Source: Macrostomum lignano (taxonomy: Eukaryota). Taken from it: a stretch of DNA of 64,000 bases. Numbering within the stretch: the first letter of the stretch is position 1; each line of letters starts with the position of its first letter. The notes under the pieces were generated by a model that ran no database searches, was not told the DNA's origin, and was given only the letters and a program-made list of their open reading frames with translations. A program made the translations under genes and the position numbers. Shown piece by piece: positions 12,767 to 25,195 of this stretch. Location: assembly GCA_002269645.1 (NCBI GenBank), contig NIVC01000986.1, positions 124,001-188,000 on the forward strand, in the 5' to 3' direction.

Positions 12767-13100
12767 TGGAGAAAAGAATAGAACGGAGTGCTAATCTAAG
12801 CCAGTTATTTTTGTCTCGCTCGATCTTCACTTGCTTCCCTTCCCCCGTTCTTTCCTATTGGTTCGTGACTGCCATAAGACAGTATTTTTCGTCTCGTTTT
12901 CGTTCCCCTCTGAAAGTTCCCAGCATAGTACGAGCTCACATCAAAATATGAATTCAGCCAATAGGAAGGAACGGGGTCCGGGAAAGGGATGCTACGAGGT
13001 AAAAGCATAGATCTTATATCTATATCTATGGGTAAAAGCGAAGATCGAGCGAGACAAAAATAACTGGCTCAGATTAGCACTCCGTTCTACTCTCCTCCAT
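12767..13100. mobile_element. MITE/foldback-like element with about 62-bp terminal inverted repeats
   Basis: 12767-12828 (ATGGAGAAAAGAATAGAACGGAGTGCTAATCTAAGCCAG...GATCTTC) is the near-perfect reverse complement of 13040-13100. A second internal inverted pair is also present (TTCCTATTGG / CCAATAGGAA). Confidence 0.7.
13006..13030. mobile_element. 25-bp micro-TIR insertion with 8-bp TSD
   Basis: GGTAAAAG [CATAGATCTTATATCTATATCTATG] GGTAAAAG. Confidence 0.65.
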
Positions 13101-13740
13101 ATATGGTCGCAGGCCATAAAACGCTTTGTATAGGCATTTCGTCGTTTTAATAGGCACTTAGAAATGAGACACCACGATGAATTACCGTTTTCATCTCGTA
13201 ATATAAGCTATATATGCTCCGGTGCAGAATTTCTTGCTCAAAGAGTTTGTTCTACGGGGTACATTGTTTTGTCTAAATCGTCTAAGGACTTTTGGCTTGT
13301 GTTGCATGCTCAGCGGTTGCATGCTATTTGCCTTCATGAAGGCAAATAGCATAGCATGATAAGTAGGCGACCCTAGTGGAGACCAGGATCGATAGGTATG
13401 GTAATCATTAATATACGCGAGACTAACCGCGCGGTGCAGTGCCATCGGATTGACTCGGATTCAGGCGAGCATTCATAACACAAATTGCCACTGCGTGGAC
13501 TTAACTACCCTGAAAAAATCCAGGCACCCTAATCAGTCCTTACAAGTGCAAGTCGTATAGCGTGCACTCGTCTCTGACATGTAGTACTGCACATGCATGC
13601 GTGTACTTTAGTGGGGCCTACTGTAGTTCTGGAATTTGAGAATTAACTTGGACTGAACTAACTTGACAATCTCTGAATTCTACAGCTACCGAGCGCAGCA
13701 ATGCAACTAGCGACTATCTTGCTGGCTATTTTTCTAACAG

Positions 13741-16688
13741 CATCCTGTTGTCAAGGAAAGGCATTCATCCTTCGCGCCTAGATTCCCTCCCGATGTGGAT
13801 TATTTTTTGTGGGCCGGTTTTGCTTTTCGGCGATGGCAACGCCGGAACTGAGCTTGTCTGGTGGCCGGGTCAGCTGACCGAGTGGCCGGCCTACATTGAC
13901 CGGTGCCAGTCGGTGGTCATCCGGGTGGTCCCGCAGCACTTGCCGATGCCCATTAGCTACTACTGGCTGAGCAACCTGCTTGCGATTGAGTTCGAGTGCA
14001 GATTTCGGACCGCCCACATTTCGAGCATAATTACGAGTCTCATATCTCGAAAGTCATTTGACAACTCGACCCGAGAAGCTTATGCAAGCGTCAATCTGTG
14101 CAGCGAGTTTGGATCAAGATTCACGCTGCGAGTGGTCAAGCAGAACGCGTCAGATTTTAGCGTTGCATCCAAATGTTCTTTTCCTAGTAGCTTGGTAGAA
14201 ACTTCACCTTTGAACGAGTCCCTCATAGTTTCCATAAGAGTGTCAGTTAACATTTCGAACCCGAGTAGTGAACTGAGGTCTGCAGTGCCATAAAACTCCA
14301 TTCTGAATTCAAAAAGTCTGTCGCTCTTATATCTGAATGAAGTTGAAGAAGTTACTGACCTCATTGATAGGCCCATAATAACCAAGGCTTTCGTTAAACT
14401 GGTCGAGAATCTGGTGAACAAACCGGCAACTACAGACACGCATGGTTCACTTCGAAAAATTCCATATTTAGAACTTCCAGTAATTAAATTATTAAACAGA
14501 TAAATTATTAAACAGACTGCCAATGTATTTAAGAGTGGTTCAGAGGGTCGGTATGGTGTTGACCACAGCAGAATCTTGCCAAACTGCCACCGCGAATAAC
14601 TCCATCCATACGAGCGTATTGTCGCCAAGACTGTTTCGATTATTAGTGTATCAGGCAGCGATATTTCGGATGATTTCAGTGGCACTTTGGCCTGCGGAGA
14701 AGCTGCGTTTTTCTATCTGGACCAGCAGACGGGTGAGCTGCGCTTCTCCCCGGTCGGATTTCAAGCCGCTCTGGTGCCCGTCCTACGAGATCAAGATATG
14801 CTGCATCAAGTTTGAGGCTTTGGGAGATATTGCAGTTTGTAGGTCAAGATATGCTGCATCAAGTTTGAGGCTTTGGGAGATATTGCAGTTTGTAGGTCAA
14901 GATATGCTGCATCAAGTTTGAGGCTTTGGGAGATATTGCAGTTTGTAGGTCAAGATATGCTGCATCAAGTTTGAGGCTTTGGGAGATATTGCAGTTTGTA
15001 GGTCAAGATATGCTGCATCAAGTTTGAGGCTTTGGGAGATATTGCAGTTTGTAGGTCAAGATATGCTGCATCAAGTTTGAGGCTTTGGGAGATATTGCAG
15101 TTTGTAGGTCAAGATATGCTGCATCAAGTTTGAGGCTTTGGGAGATATTGCAGTTTGTAGGTCAAGATATGCTGCATCAAGTTTGAGGCTTTGGGAGATA
15201 TTGCAGTTTGTAGGTCAAGATATGCTGCATCAAGTTTGAGGCTTTGGGAGATATTGCAGTTTGTAGGTCAAGATATGCTGCATCAAGTTTGAGGCTTTGG
15301 GAGATATTGCAGTTTGTAGGTCAAGATATGCTGCATCAAGTTTGAGGCTTTGGGAGATATTGCAGTTTGTAGGTCAAGATATGCTGCATCAAGTTTGAGG
15401 CTTTGGGAGATATTGCAGTTTGTAGGTCAAGATATGCTGCATCAAGTTTGAGGCTTTGGGAGATATTGCAGTTTGTAGGTCAAGATATGCTGCATCAAGT
15501 TTGAGGCTTTGGGAGATATTGCAGTTTGTAGGTCAAGATATGCTGCATCAAGTTTGAGGCTTTGGGAGATATTGCAGTTTGTAGGTCAAGATATGCTGCA
15601 TCAAGTTTGAGGCTTTGGGAGATATTGCAGTTTGTAGGTCAAGATATGCTGCATCAAGTTTGAGGCTTTGGGAGATATTGCAGTTTGTAGGTCAAGATAT
15701 GCTGCATCAAGTTTGAGGCTTTGGGAGATATTGCAGTTTGTAGGTCAAGATATGCTGCATCAAGTTTGAGGCTTTGGGAGATATTGCAGTTTGTAGGTCA
15801 AGATATGCTGCATCAAGTTTGAGGCTTTGGGAGATATTGCAGTTTGTAGGTCAAGATATGCTGCATCAAGTTTGAGGCTTTGGGAGATATTGCAGTTTGT
15901 AGGTCAAGATATGCTGCATCAAGTTTGAGGCTTTGGGAGATATTGCAGTTTGTAGGTCAAGATATGCTGCATCAAGTTTGAGGCTTTGGGAGATATTGCA
16001 GTTTGTAGGTCAAGATATGCTGCATCAAGTTTGAGGCTTTGGGAGATATTGCAGTTTGTAGGTCACGGAAACTTCATCAGCAAGCAGGCGGCTGTTCTGA
16101 GCTTGCGTTTTCGCCTTTGTCGCAGCAAGGTGAAGACTACTGCATTAGTGTCGAGTCGAGTTCTTCACAAGAATTTCTCAATATCGAGAACGCATCAGTT
16201 GCTTTGGCTTGTCCGCTGGTGTGTTCAACGCCGCGCTCAGTTTGTTGCGTTCTCAGTGCGCATTCAAACGTTACGGACGTTTCAGAGTTAACCTGTCAGG
16301 CCGCAAACAACACCGGTTTAGCTTCGGCGCAGGTTAGAGTCTCACACCTTCCTTGGTTTTTGGCTGGTATAACGTATCTCTGCCCTCGGTTGTTTATGCT
16401 TTAGAAGGCGAAAAGCTCTCCTACAGCTGCTCAGCAGCAATTTCAACTTCGACTGGTGAAACTGACGAAACTTCTAACTCTACCGGTGCTATGATAGTCT
16501 CTTCTATTCGTATTCCGCGAAGCAGCAGTAGGAACTTGGAACTATCTAACCAGCTCCGGCGATCGGGAATTTCTATTTTCACTTGGGACGACCAGCCCGT
16601 TGATGAGCCGCTGTTTGACGCCATTGAACTAATAAGTAGCGCGGTCAGAGCCTGGCAAGTCTTTGTTTCTTCAATATTCTTGAGTTAG
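13741..16688 (+). pseudogene. Possible disabled gene or partial gene for a surface/secreted protein with weak Ig-like hints
   Basis: ORFs 13748-14293, 14294-14500, 14523-14842 and 16063-16404 join in one frame if one TAA, a 16-bp tandem duplication (14501-14516) and 23 copies of a 53-bp repeat are removed. Ig-like motifs ELTCQAANNTG and EGEKLSYSCSA, and several N-x-S/T sequons. Confidence 0.3.
14791..16062. repeat. Perfect 53-bp tandem array, 24 copies
   Basis: Unit TCAAGATATGCTGCATCAAGTTTGAGGCTTTGGGAGATATTGCAGTTTGTAGG; 1272 bp = 24 x 53. Confidence 0.97.
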
Positions 16689-17293
16689 CTGCGTACAATA
16701 TTCAATAGTACATGTACAGAATTTAATAAAGAAAAACATCCTTATAAAGGACGGAAAAGCATGTCCTTTAGCCGTGTAATTTAAGGTACAGCATAGTATA
16801 TCGTTGTACATGCAATTTAGTTCAATAGTTTAATAGGCAAAAATGGATTCCTCTCGAGTCCCGATGATACGGTGGAAATGGTTTTTTTGCTTCTCAAAGG
16901 CCTTGTTCGGCTGCATTGTCGGCTGCTTTAGGCTGTAAAACTTCTCAGCTAGCCATTCACATAGATACGAGTACATTTGCAGTTCTGGTAAAAAAACTAG
17001 TGAACACGATGTATGCAGCTAGATATGCAAATATTTCAAAAACTGCGTTCGCGGCAGCTGGGCGGATTTGTTCAACAGCGCGGCAACTTCAGTGGCTCAT
17101 GGAAGTCTTGGGCATGTGACTAGCGCAAACCTGTGGGGCACCAAAGAGGACGCAGTTACACATGTAAGCATTTGCTCATTACCTGTTTCCTTTTTTTCAT
17201 ACTACAAAGCTGAGCTACACTGGCTTCCGTCAGAAGCGAGGCAAAAATCTTACCCCTTAAACGGGCATTCGATAGGGACACGATGGTTCACGC

Positions 17294-20059
17294 CTACACG
17301 GCTGTCTCGTCAAATTCGTCATCAGAGTCTTCTGATGATCCTCTGTCTTCGATTTCGCGCTGCTCCTCCCTGAAATACGCAGCTGCTGATTCGACGTCCT
17401 GAACGATTGCCCATCGTGGCAATCCGCTGTGAGACTCGGTTCGGCCCAGAGTCTGTAGCAGCCTCTCCAGCACCGGCTGCGCATTCTCTGCATGCGTTGG
17501 CGGCTGGTAAATTAGCAGCGAGAATCGGGCACTCTCCATGCGCCACGCGTCTAGACCGACTCGCGCGACAGCAGTTTCGTGATCTGCTTCTGCATCGTCA
17601 TCCGCCTTATCGACTGCCTGCAGAGTCTTCTCAATTCCCAGCAGCAGGAATGTCCTTACTGCTGCTAGGCTGTCCCGCTGCAGGGCTCTCCACAGCGAGC
17701 GTTCGCTGATGCGGTGCCCTTCGAGCAGCAGCAGCCGAAGGCCAGGCAGCGCCAGGCCGGCCAGCTGGCCGCTCACAGCTGCGACTTCGGCGTCCAAACT
17801 GACGATTAAAATCTTTGGCGTTGAAATCCGACGGGCGAATGGCCGCCAGTAGGCCACGAGGATCAGCAGAAGGACGGCTGTGGAACAGCAACGGAAATCA
17901 CAGATTAGTGCTTATTGAAGCTGGTGGAACTGCAAATACTAAAGACGCACCGACAGATGCCAGAGCACAAATCAAAGCCCAATCCTGCTCGGCGGGGGGC
18001 AGCATATGCGGTGGGTTTAAACGCAATTTGGTACCTAAAACGTGAGTTGGATACAGGTGTAAACATCGAGCGTGTGCATACAGAGCTACAAGTGGGAGAT
18101 CAGATACAGCAGAGCAAGTTGGTGTTCGAACCTAACTTATAGCAGGAGCACCTGGATCCTGCAGGTGGATGACAGTCGATCTGAAATGGCAAACGAAAGA
18201 GTGATGCGAACTCAGGCCTGGAAGTATATTAATTTAGACTTGCCTGATTTACCTGGACTCTGCCCTGGATCGGTTTCATGCCATATTTCATGTTGACCCT
18301 CTGTGCCAGCTGATTAGCCAAGTCTTCGGCAGCAAATGAGACCTGCTCAGAATTTGCAGTTCTAACGTACTGGCCGGTCTGCAGTTTGCATGTAATAAGA
18401 ATCAGTGGCGAAGGCAATCTCTCTGGGTTTGGATAGTTTGGGTTTGGACAGTTTGAGTTTCGATTCTTGGCCTAATTAAACAAGCGCCCGTCAACAGCGA
18501 GACTTTTCAGCCAGTTTGAAACAGCTAAAGTTCAGGTACGTAGGAGGCGCAGAAGTCTTATTGTGATGGGACATTGCCACATTACGTTTATCCCCTCAAG
18601 ATCTGCAAATGTTGGAACTTGCATGGGATATCTTGGCGCCGTCATACCAGTTGACGGCTGGTACAAGTTATCAGTTTTAAAGCCCTGAAGATCGATTTCA
18701 AGGCTTAATTTGACGTTCCTGTTTGCATTATATATCTTTGATACGCATAACAATGTTATAACTATACGAACAGATGTAGTAGTTACGACTAGCGCTTAAC
18801 TGGTCATCTCTAGTGTAGGCACCTGCTGCCCATGCTTGCATAATACGTGATTTTAGTCCTGGTGTGCATTCCGATGTACATCCAATATTCTTGGCTTTCT
18901 GTTTTTAATGTACGCAGTCTCAACTGCAGGGTCGCTGCTAAATATATAAATCGATCGCACAGAGCCTACAATAGATTGAGGCTTTATCGGCTACACACAA
19001 CACATAACTTTCTCTCTCTCGGCTTCGCTCTCTACTCGTACATGCAGATGTAGAGAGCGAAGTCCATGCAGATGCTCACCTTGTTCAGCGAGTTGAGAAC
19101 TAGGCGGGTTGACCCCTCAAACAGCAGCAACATGTTGCTGGGCTGCGGCGCGCAAAGTGAGAAGACCAACGACTCCAGGCTGCCGTCGGGCTCGAGTTGC
19201 CGGCTTATCGTCTCCACTGTTTCGCAACCGTCTGAGAAAAATCATGTGCACCAAAACAGCTATCATACGTCTAAACAGAAAAAGCTGTATATACTTAAAC
19301 TTTTTGGCTCAAAGTACATTGTAGCTTAATAAACGCCAACGTGCGCAAACAGTCCTGCCTGAGACACCGCACTCTGGAATGCATGGTCTTTGGATTCACG
19401 CACTTTTTGCCCATTTCCTGCCCGCGTGTACATGTACATGCAAGCGGCTTCGTGGACGGGGTTACCCAAAACCCCTTCAACCCGTTTACTTATAAATCCT
19501 CATATGCAGTCCTGTTCAGCTCACCATCGCGCATGCGCATGGCCACGCTGATTTCCTGGCGAAATCCCGAGCCGCTCAGAGTCAGCCCAATCGTCTGATG
19601 CGTGTTATCGCGCGGACAGGACCAATTTCCAGTCATTAGCAGCGCTGGCACTTCCGCCCGTTGAAAGACCTTTAACAGCACGCAGTTGTCTTCCGTTAAG
19701 TGGTGGAGAACCCCATCGGCCCAGCCAACGGTTGGCCGCTCCACAGACTCCCTCATCCGATTTCGAAGGCAGATGTTTACATTGGTCGAGTTGTTGAACA
19801 GCTTTGGCCAAACGGGTAACTGCAGGTTCCAAGTGCCTGAGCCATCGGAACATTTTGTTGCTTGGATTTGAGCTATCTGGGTGGGAAAATCAGAGCAATT
19901 TCTAGCACGCTAGTCATAACTGACCCCTACGCAACAGGTAAATTTCTCAGATAGACTTACATGTACTTCGGCAGATGCTTTGGAGCAGAACCGAAGAATC
20001 AGAAGCAGCTGCGGAAGCAACCGCAGAATCTGCAGCTGTAGCGAAGCAAATCGAGACAT
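17294..20059 (-). CDS. Putative type I membrane receptor with cytoplasmic SEFIR-like domain (IL-17 receptor-like), about 545 aa
   Basis: Phase-consistent exons 20059-19961 (signal peptide MSRFASLQLQILRLLPQLLLILRFCSKASA), 19876-19525, 19231-19080, probable 18684-18586 and about 18469-18251, then 18180-18132, 18034-17951 and 17877-17294. TM helix WALICALASVAVLLLILVAYW spans a splice junction. The tail TPKILIVSLD...LLLLEGHRISERSLW...LPRWAIVQDVE resembles SEFIR boxes. The middle exons are less certain. Confidence 0.65.
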
Positions 20060-22680
20060 GGATGGGTCACAAGCGAGCCGAGCTGGTTGCTGGTTGCTTT
20101 ATTACTGGGCCAGGGCGACCAGACTGGTGGAGCTTTTAAGCTTTACACGCGTTCGGGCGCTCGGCCACACCGCATAGCTGAGACAGACTGCCGTCCAATG
20201 CTCAGGTGGGAGGGCAGGCCCAAAGCCACGCCAGCGAGTGCGCGCACTTGCGAGTTGATCAAATCTTATCAGTGTTGACTCTCGGTTTAGCGATAGCTCT
20301 GCCGCGTTTCGTGCGGCCTCTCCCAGGCGGCTCGGCAAGCTCGCCTCTTTACTCAAAGCATTTTCTGTATGAAGCTTTTGCCCACTTCCCCAGCAAGGCA
20401 GCCCTTTCAGTCAATCAGTGTAAGCCAGGCCATGTGCCAGCTACAAGGACGAGATGCTGATCAGGGAGTCCTAGAGAGAATGTGGGCGGCGACGGGCTTT
20501 GACTTATAAGCTACTTATAAACAAAGTTATCGGACATGCATACACAAAATTTTACACAAAATCATAATGAACTTGGAGTTTTTTCCACCTTAATTATTTC
20601 TCAGAATTTCAACTTTCAAGGTCTGCATTAAAAGCTTCTATTTTTCTTGCCATACTTTTTCATCGTTATAAAAAATAATTCCTTGTTTAGAATAATGCAT
20701 GAGAACAACTTTTCGTTCCCGAGTGCAGATTTTATTAAAACGGCTGGATCATGCCGGCCCAGTCCAGATCTCTTACTTAAAGCATTCCTGTTTCGATGCC
20801 TAATATGGTTGGTTGAATCATACACGACCAGGATCTTAGTGGTCCTGGTTGGAAACTATATCTGCATGACTCACTGAGCTCAATTACTGTATAACAAACT
20901 GACACTGTAAATTTGCGGCGCTCGCTTCTTATAAACTGCTCACAATTCGTAATGACGCTTAAAATTAATTAAATTGATAAGAATAAGCTATGAGACAGAT
21001 ATTCAGATATGGCAGCTTGCACATAACTGTGCTGCATTCTGCGGTGACGTGCGGTGCTGATAATGTGAGAGCTGTTTTTATACTTGAGCGTTCACTTGTA
21101 ATAGAACGTAGTCAGTAAGTTCGCTGAAGTAATTATTTGTATTCCTGTTCAGTGCTTCCATATCACTATGCAAATAAACTATATTTTCTCGAATGTCGTA
21201 GGTTACTGCTTCTGTAGTCACATCACAATATACTAAATCTCTGTAGTCACATCCAATTAAGATTGCGCCACAACTTTTCTCTGTTCACTGTGTACGTGAA
21301 GACTCAATAAGGGAGTCAATACTGGCTGCAATAAGGGAGAGGAAAATAATGCTCAGTGGCGGCGTGTGTACATTCTGACCCTGGCTGACTGGCGGACTGC
21401 ATAAACATTTGCTATTAATAGATTTCACTCAACTGTGCATTGGCTCTGCCTGCATACAACCTGTGCACACTGAGCAGCCTATCACTGCTATGTATTTGAC
21501 TGCAGTGCCGAAGCATATATGGCTGATTTTTGCGCCCTCCCATCAGTAGGCGGAATAGCCGCAGTGTAGGCACTAGGACTAGGTTTAGGCTAGGCATAAG
21601 GTCCAAGGTTCGAGTCCGCCTCCCCAGCGGATAATTAAAATTAAATAAATTCATTCATTAGTAGCTTCTGCCTCTACTATTTTGAACATTTTTTGATTAA
21701 TTGTAATAATTTATTTTTGCTACTAGCAAAAGCCACTAAGCAAATTTGATTTGATTTGTAAAATCCTAAGATCCCATTAATTGTTATTATCTAGGTCTAT
21801 GGAAGTATTAATTAAATTACTTAACTGCAGACAATGCTGCTAAACTGCTGAGGTATTGCTAAATGCTGAGTTGCGCAAGACTGCCAATATGTATCGAAAA
21901 TTGATTAGTGCGCCGTCGTAAATGCTGAGCAAATTTTTAAATCATTGAAAAGATCATTGCAGTTTGCTGAGAATAAAGTACTGAGGGGCCAGCTGAGAGA
22001 ACTGCAGACTGCTGAGGGGATAAATGAGAATTATTAAGGAAACACTTGCTGACTGCAAATGAATTGACTGCAGACTACTGAGGGGAACTGCAGATTGTTG
22101 AAGGGATCATTGCAGACTGCAAAGGGGACAAACTGCAAACTGCTGACGTTAGTTAGTTTCTCGAGACTTATGAGCGTATAAGCTGCAAACTGCCGAGGGG
22201 ATAGCTGCAGACTGCTAGGATAAAAATGGCAGATTTCTGAGGAGGATATCTAACTGTGAATAATTGTAGCTTGCAGAAGGGACAATTCTGGGTCCTTGAG
22301 GGATAAAACTGAATAATAATAATAAAAGTTGTAGAGTGCAAATGAGTTGTATGACTGCAGTCTGTTTTGCGGAATTATAAGGGAAAATTTCAGGTTGTTG
22401 TGGGGATAACTGCCAATTTCTGGGGAGGGTTGAACTTTAAACTTCTGAGGCAATAATAGTAGTCGCCTTTTAGCAGTTTGGGAGTGGTGCTAATCTGGGG
22501 AGCGGTGCTAATCTAAGGGAGTGGGGCTAATATAAAGGAGTGGGGAGCTAATCTGGGGGATTGGGGCTAATCTGGAGGAAGTAGCGGTGCGAATTTTTGC
22601 GGAGTGGTGCGAATCTGGAGAAGTAGTGCTAATCTGGGAAGGTGAAACTATCTGGGAAGCGGCGGTAATCTGTGGAGCGG

Positions 22681-23135
22681 TGCTAATCTAGGCTGAGTGC
22701 TAATCTGGGCTGAGTGCTAATCTGGGCTGAGTGCTAATCTAGGCTGAGTGCTAATCTAGGCTGAGTGCTAATCTGGGCTGAGTGCTAATCTAGGCTGAGT
22801 GCTAATCTAGGCTGAGTGCTAATCTGGGCTGAGTGCTAATCTGGGCTGAGTGCTAATCTAGGCTGAGTGCTAATCTGGGCTGAGTGCTAATCTAGGCAGA
22901 GTGCTAATCTAGGCTGAGTGCTAATCTGGGCTGAGTGCTAATCTAGGCGGAGTGCTAATCTAGGCTGAGTGCTAATCTGGGCTGAGTGCTAATCTGGGCT
23001 GAGTGCTAATCTAGGCTGAGTGCTAATCTAGGCTGAGTGCTAATCTGGGCTGAGTGCTAATCTAGGCTGAGTGCTAATCTGGGCTGAGTGCTAATCTGGG
23101 CTGAGTGCTAATCTAGGCGGAGTGCTAATCTAGAC
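22681..23135. repeat. 17-bp minisatellite (GAGTGCTAATCTRGGCT)n
   Basis: About 27 near-perfect copies with degenerate flanks, upstream of a Helitron-like 3' end at 23506. Confidence 0.92.
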
Positions 23136-23506
23136 GTAGTGCTAATCTGGGGGAAGTGGGGCTAATCTGGGGGTGTGCGGCTAATATGGGGGAGTAGTGC
23201 TAATCTGGGGAAAGTGGGGCTAATCTGGGGGTGTAGGGCTAATGTGGGAGAATAGTGCTAATCTGGTGAGGATTTGAAAATAACAAATAATCATAAAAGA
23301 ACTATAAATGAATTGACATTGCAAAGATTCAAACATTAAGAAATGTAACTTTTTAGTCTCAGTAAAATTGGTGTACAACAGCTTAGAGATTTGCTACTGC
23401 ATAACTGCTCGGAGATTAGTGAGATTTGCTCAGCGACTGTGCAAAACTGCTTATAGACAAGCGCTAAACTGCTAAGAAGCCACCCGGAGGGGGGCTAAAT
23501 GGCTAG

Positions 23507-25195
23507 TCCCATATACTAAAAATGAAATGTCTGTAGCTATGCGATAGATTTCAGAAAAATTGGCTCAACCGATTTTCTTCAAACTTGCACCATTCGATAA
23601 GAAATTTTCCTGGGACGGTACATGCATCTTGGCTAAGAAATTGCTCAATGTTAAAGGGATTAAATATTCGAAAAACATGCTTTTTTGCAAAGGTCAAGCA
23701 AAATTTTCGACTTGAAATGCATTGTAAGAATGCTAGAGAAAAAACTGACTGGCTGAATTTCAATTCTGATAAAGATTGCATCACAACAAGGTGAAAACAG
23801 TGCCACAGAAACGCACACAAGACTTGATTAAAATTGCGTAACAATATTGCTAACTTAAATTAAGACTGATACTGGCTGACTGAGAAATTGATTATGTCAT
23901 AAATTTTTACTCTAACCGACTTGCTGTAAGAATTGAATTATAAGGGCCACAATTCATGTGCTCCAATTGAAAAAAGATAGCCTAGATGCGAACAGACTGG
24001 ACTGCTACCACGTCAAGCATATACATTACTACATGTCAAACATTAAAGAGCCACCATGTCAAACATAAAAGAGCCACCATATCAAACATTAAAGAGCCAC
24101 AATGTCAAAAATTAAAGAGCCACCATGTCGAAGATTAAAGTGCTACCATGTCAAACATAGAAGAGCCACCATGTCAAACATTAAAGAGCCACAATGTCAA
24201 ACACAAAAGAGCCACCATGTCAAACATAACAGAGACACCATGTCAAACATTAAAGAGCCACCATGTCAAACATTAAAGAACCACGATGTCAATCAATTAA
24301 AGAGCCACTATGTCAAACATATACGTGACTCCATGTCAAACATTAAAGAGCTACCATGTCAAACATAGAAGAGCCACCATGTCAAACATAGAAGAGACAC
24401 CATGTGTCCATGTCAAACATAGAAGAGCCACCATGTCAAACATAAAAAGAAGTGTCATGCCAAACAAAATGGAGCCACTATAAAGCTAAGGAAATTATTG
24501 CACTAGCTACTTGATGTCTGGTGGATGCTTGCTATTTAAGGATGGATACTTGCTATCAGGGGGATGCTTGCTATCTGAGTGATGCTTGCTATTGGGGGGA
24601 GGGATGCTTGCCATCGGAAGAATGCTTGCTATCTGGGGTAACTTGCTATTGGGGGATGCTTGCTCTTGGGGAGTGGAGGGTACTTGCTATCTGAGAGGGG
24701 GTTGCTAGCTATCTATAAGGATTCTTTGTATCCAGGGATGCTTGCTATCTGGGGGATGGTTGCATGCTGTCTGGGGATGCTTGCATGCTGTCTGGGGATG
24801 CTTGCATGCTGTCTGGGGATGCTTGCTATCTGGGCGATTCTTGCTATCTGGGAGATGCTTGCTATCTGGGGGATGCTTGCATGCTGTCTGGGGATGCTTG
24901 CTATATCTGGGGGATTCGTGCTATCTGGGAGATGCTTGCATGCTGTCTGGGAGATGCTTGCATGCTGTCTGGGGATGCTTGCTATCTGGGGGATTCTTGC
25001 TATTTGGGGGATGCTTGCTATCTGGGAGATGCTTGCATGCTATCTGGGAGATGCTTGCATGCTGTCTGGGGATGTTTTCTTTACAGATGGAATGTCTGTT
25101 GTCTTTGTGAAAGCTTTATTTCGCTGTCTTTTTGTTACTTTTAGAGAACAGATATTCTATTTAGATGTCCCCCATCGGGGGGCGAAGATTGCTAG
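23507..25195 (+). mobile_element. Non-autonomous Helitron, copy 1
   Basis: 5' TC(CCATATACTAAAAATGAAATGTCTG) and 3' GC hairpin CCCCCATCGGGGGG followed by CTAG; about 500-bp body shared with copy 2; internal 23-bp and GATGCTTGCTATCTGGG minisatellites. Confidence 0.75.

Noticed and set aside
14080-14685. 201-aa minus-strand ORF
   Set aside because: No recognisable domain or splice context; the opposite strand gives a more parsimonious broken long frame. It remains unresolved rather than excluded.
14791-16062. CRISPR-like regular repeats here and at other arrays
   Set aside because: Contiguous units without unique spacers, eukaryotic context and no cas genes.
21548-21632. tRNA-like segment with GGTTCGAGTCC B-box
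   Set aside because: No proper cloverleaf or anticodon arm; at most a SINE head relic.
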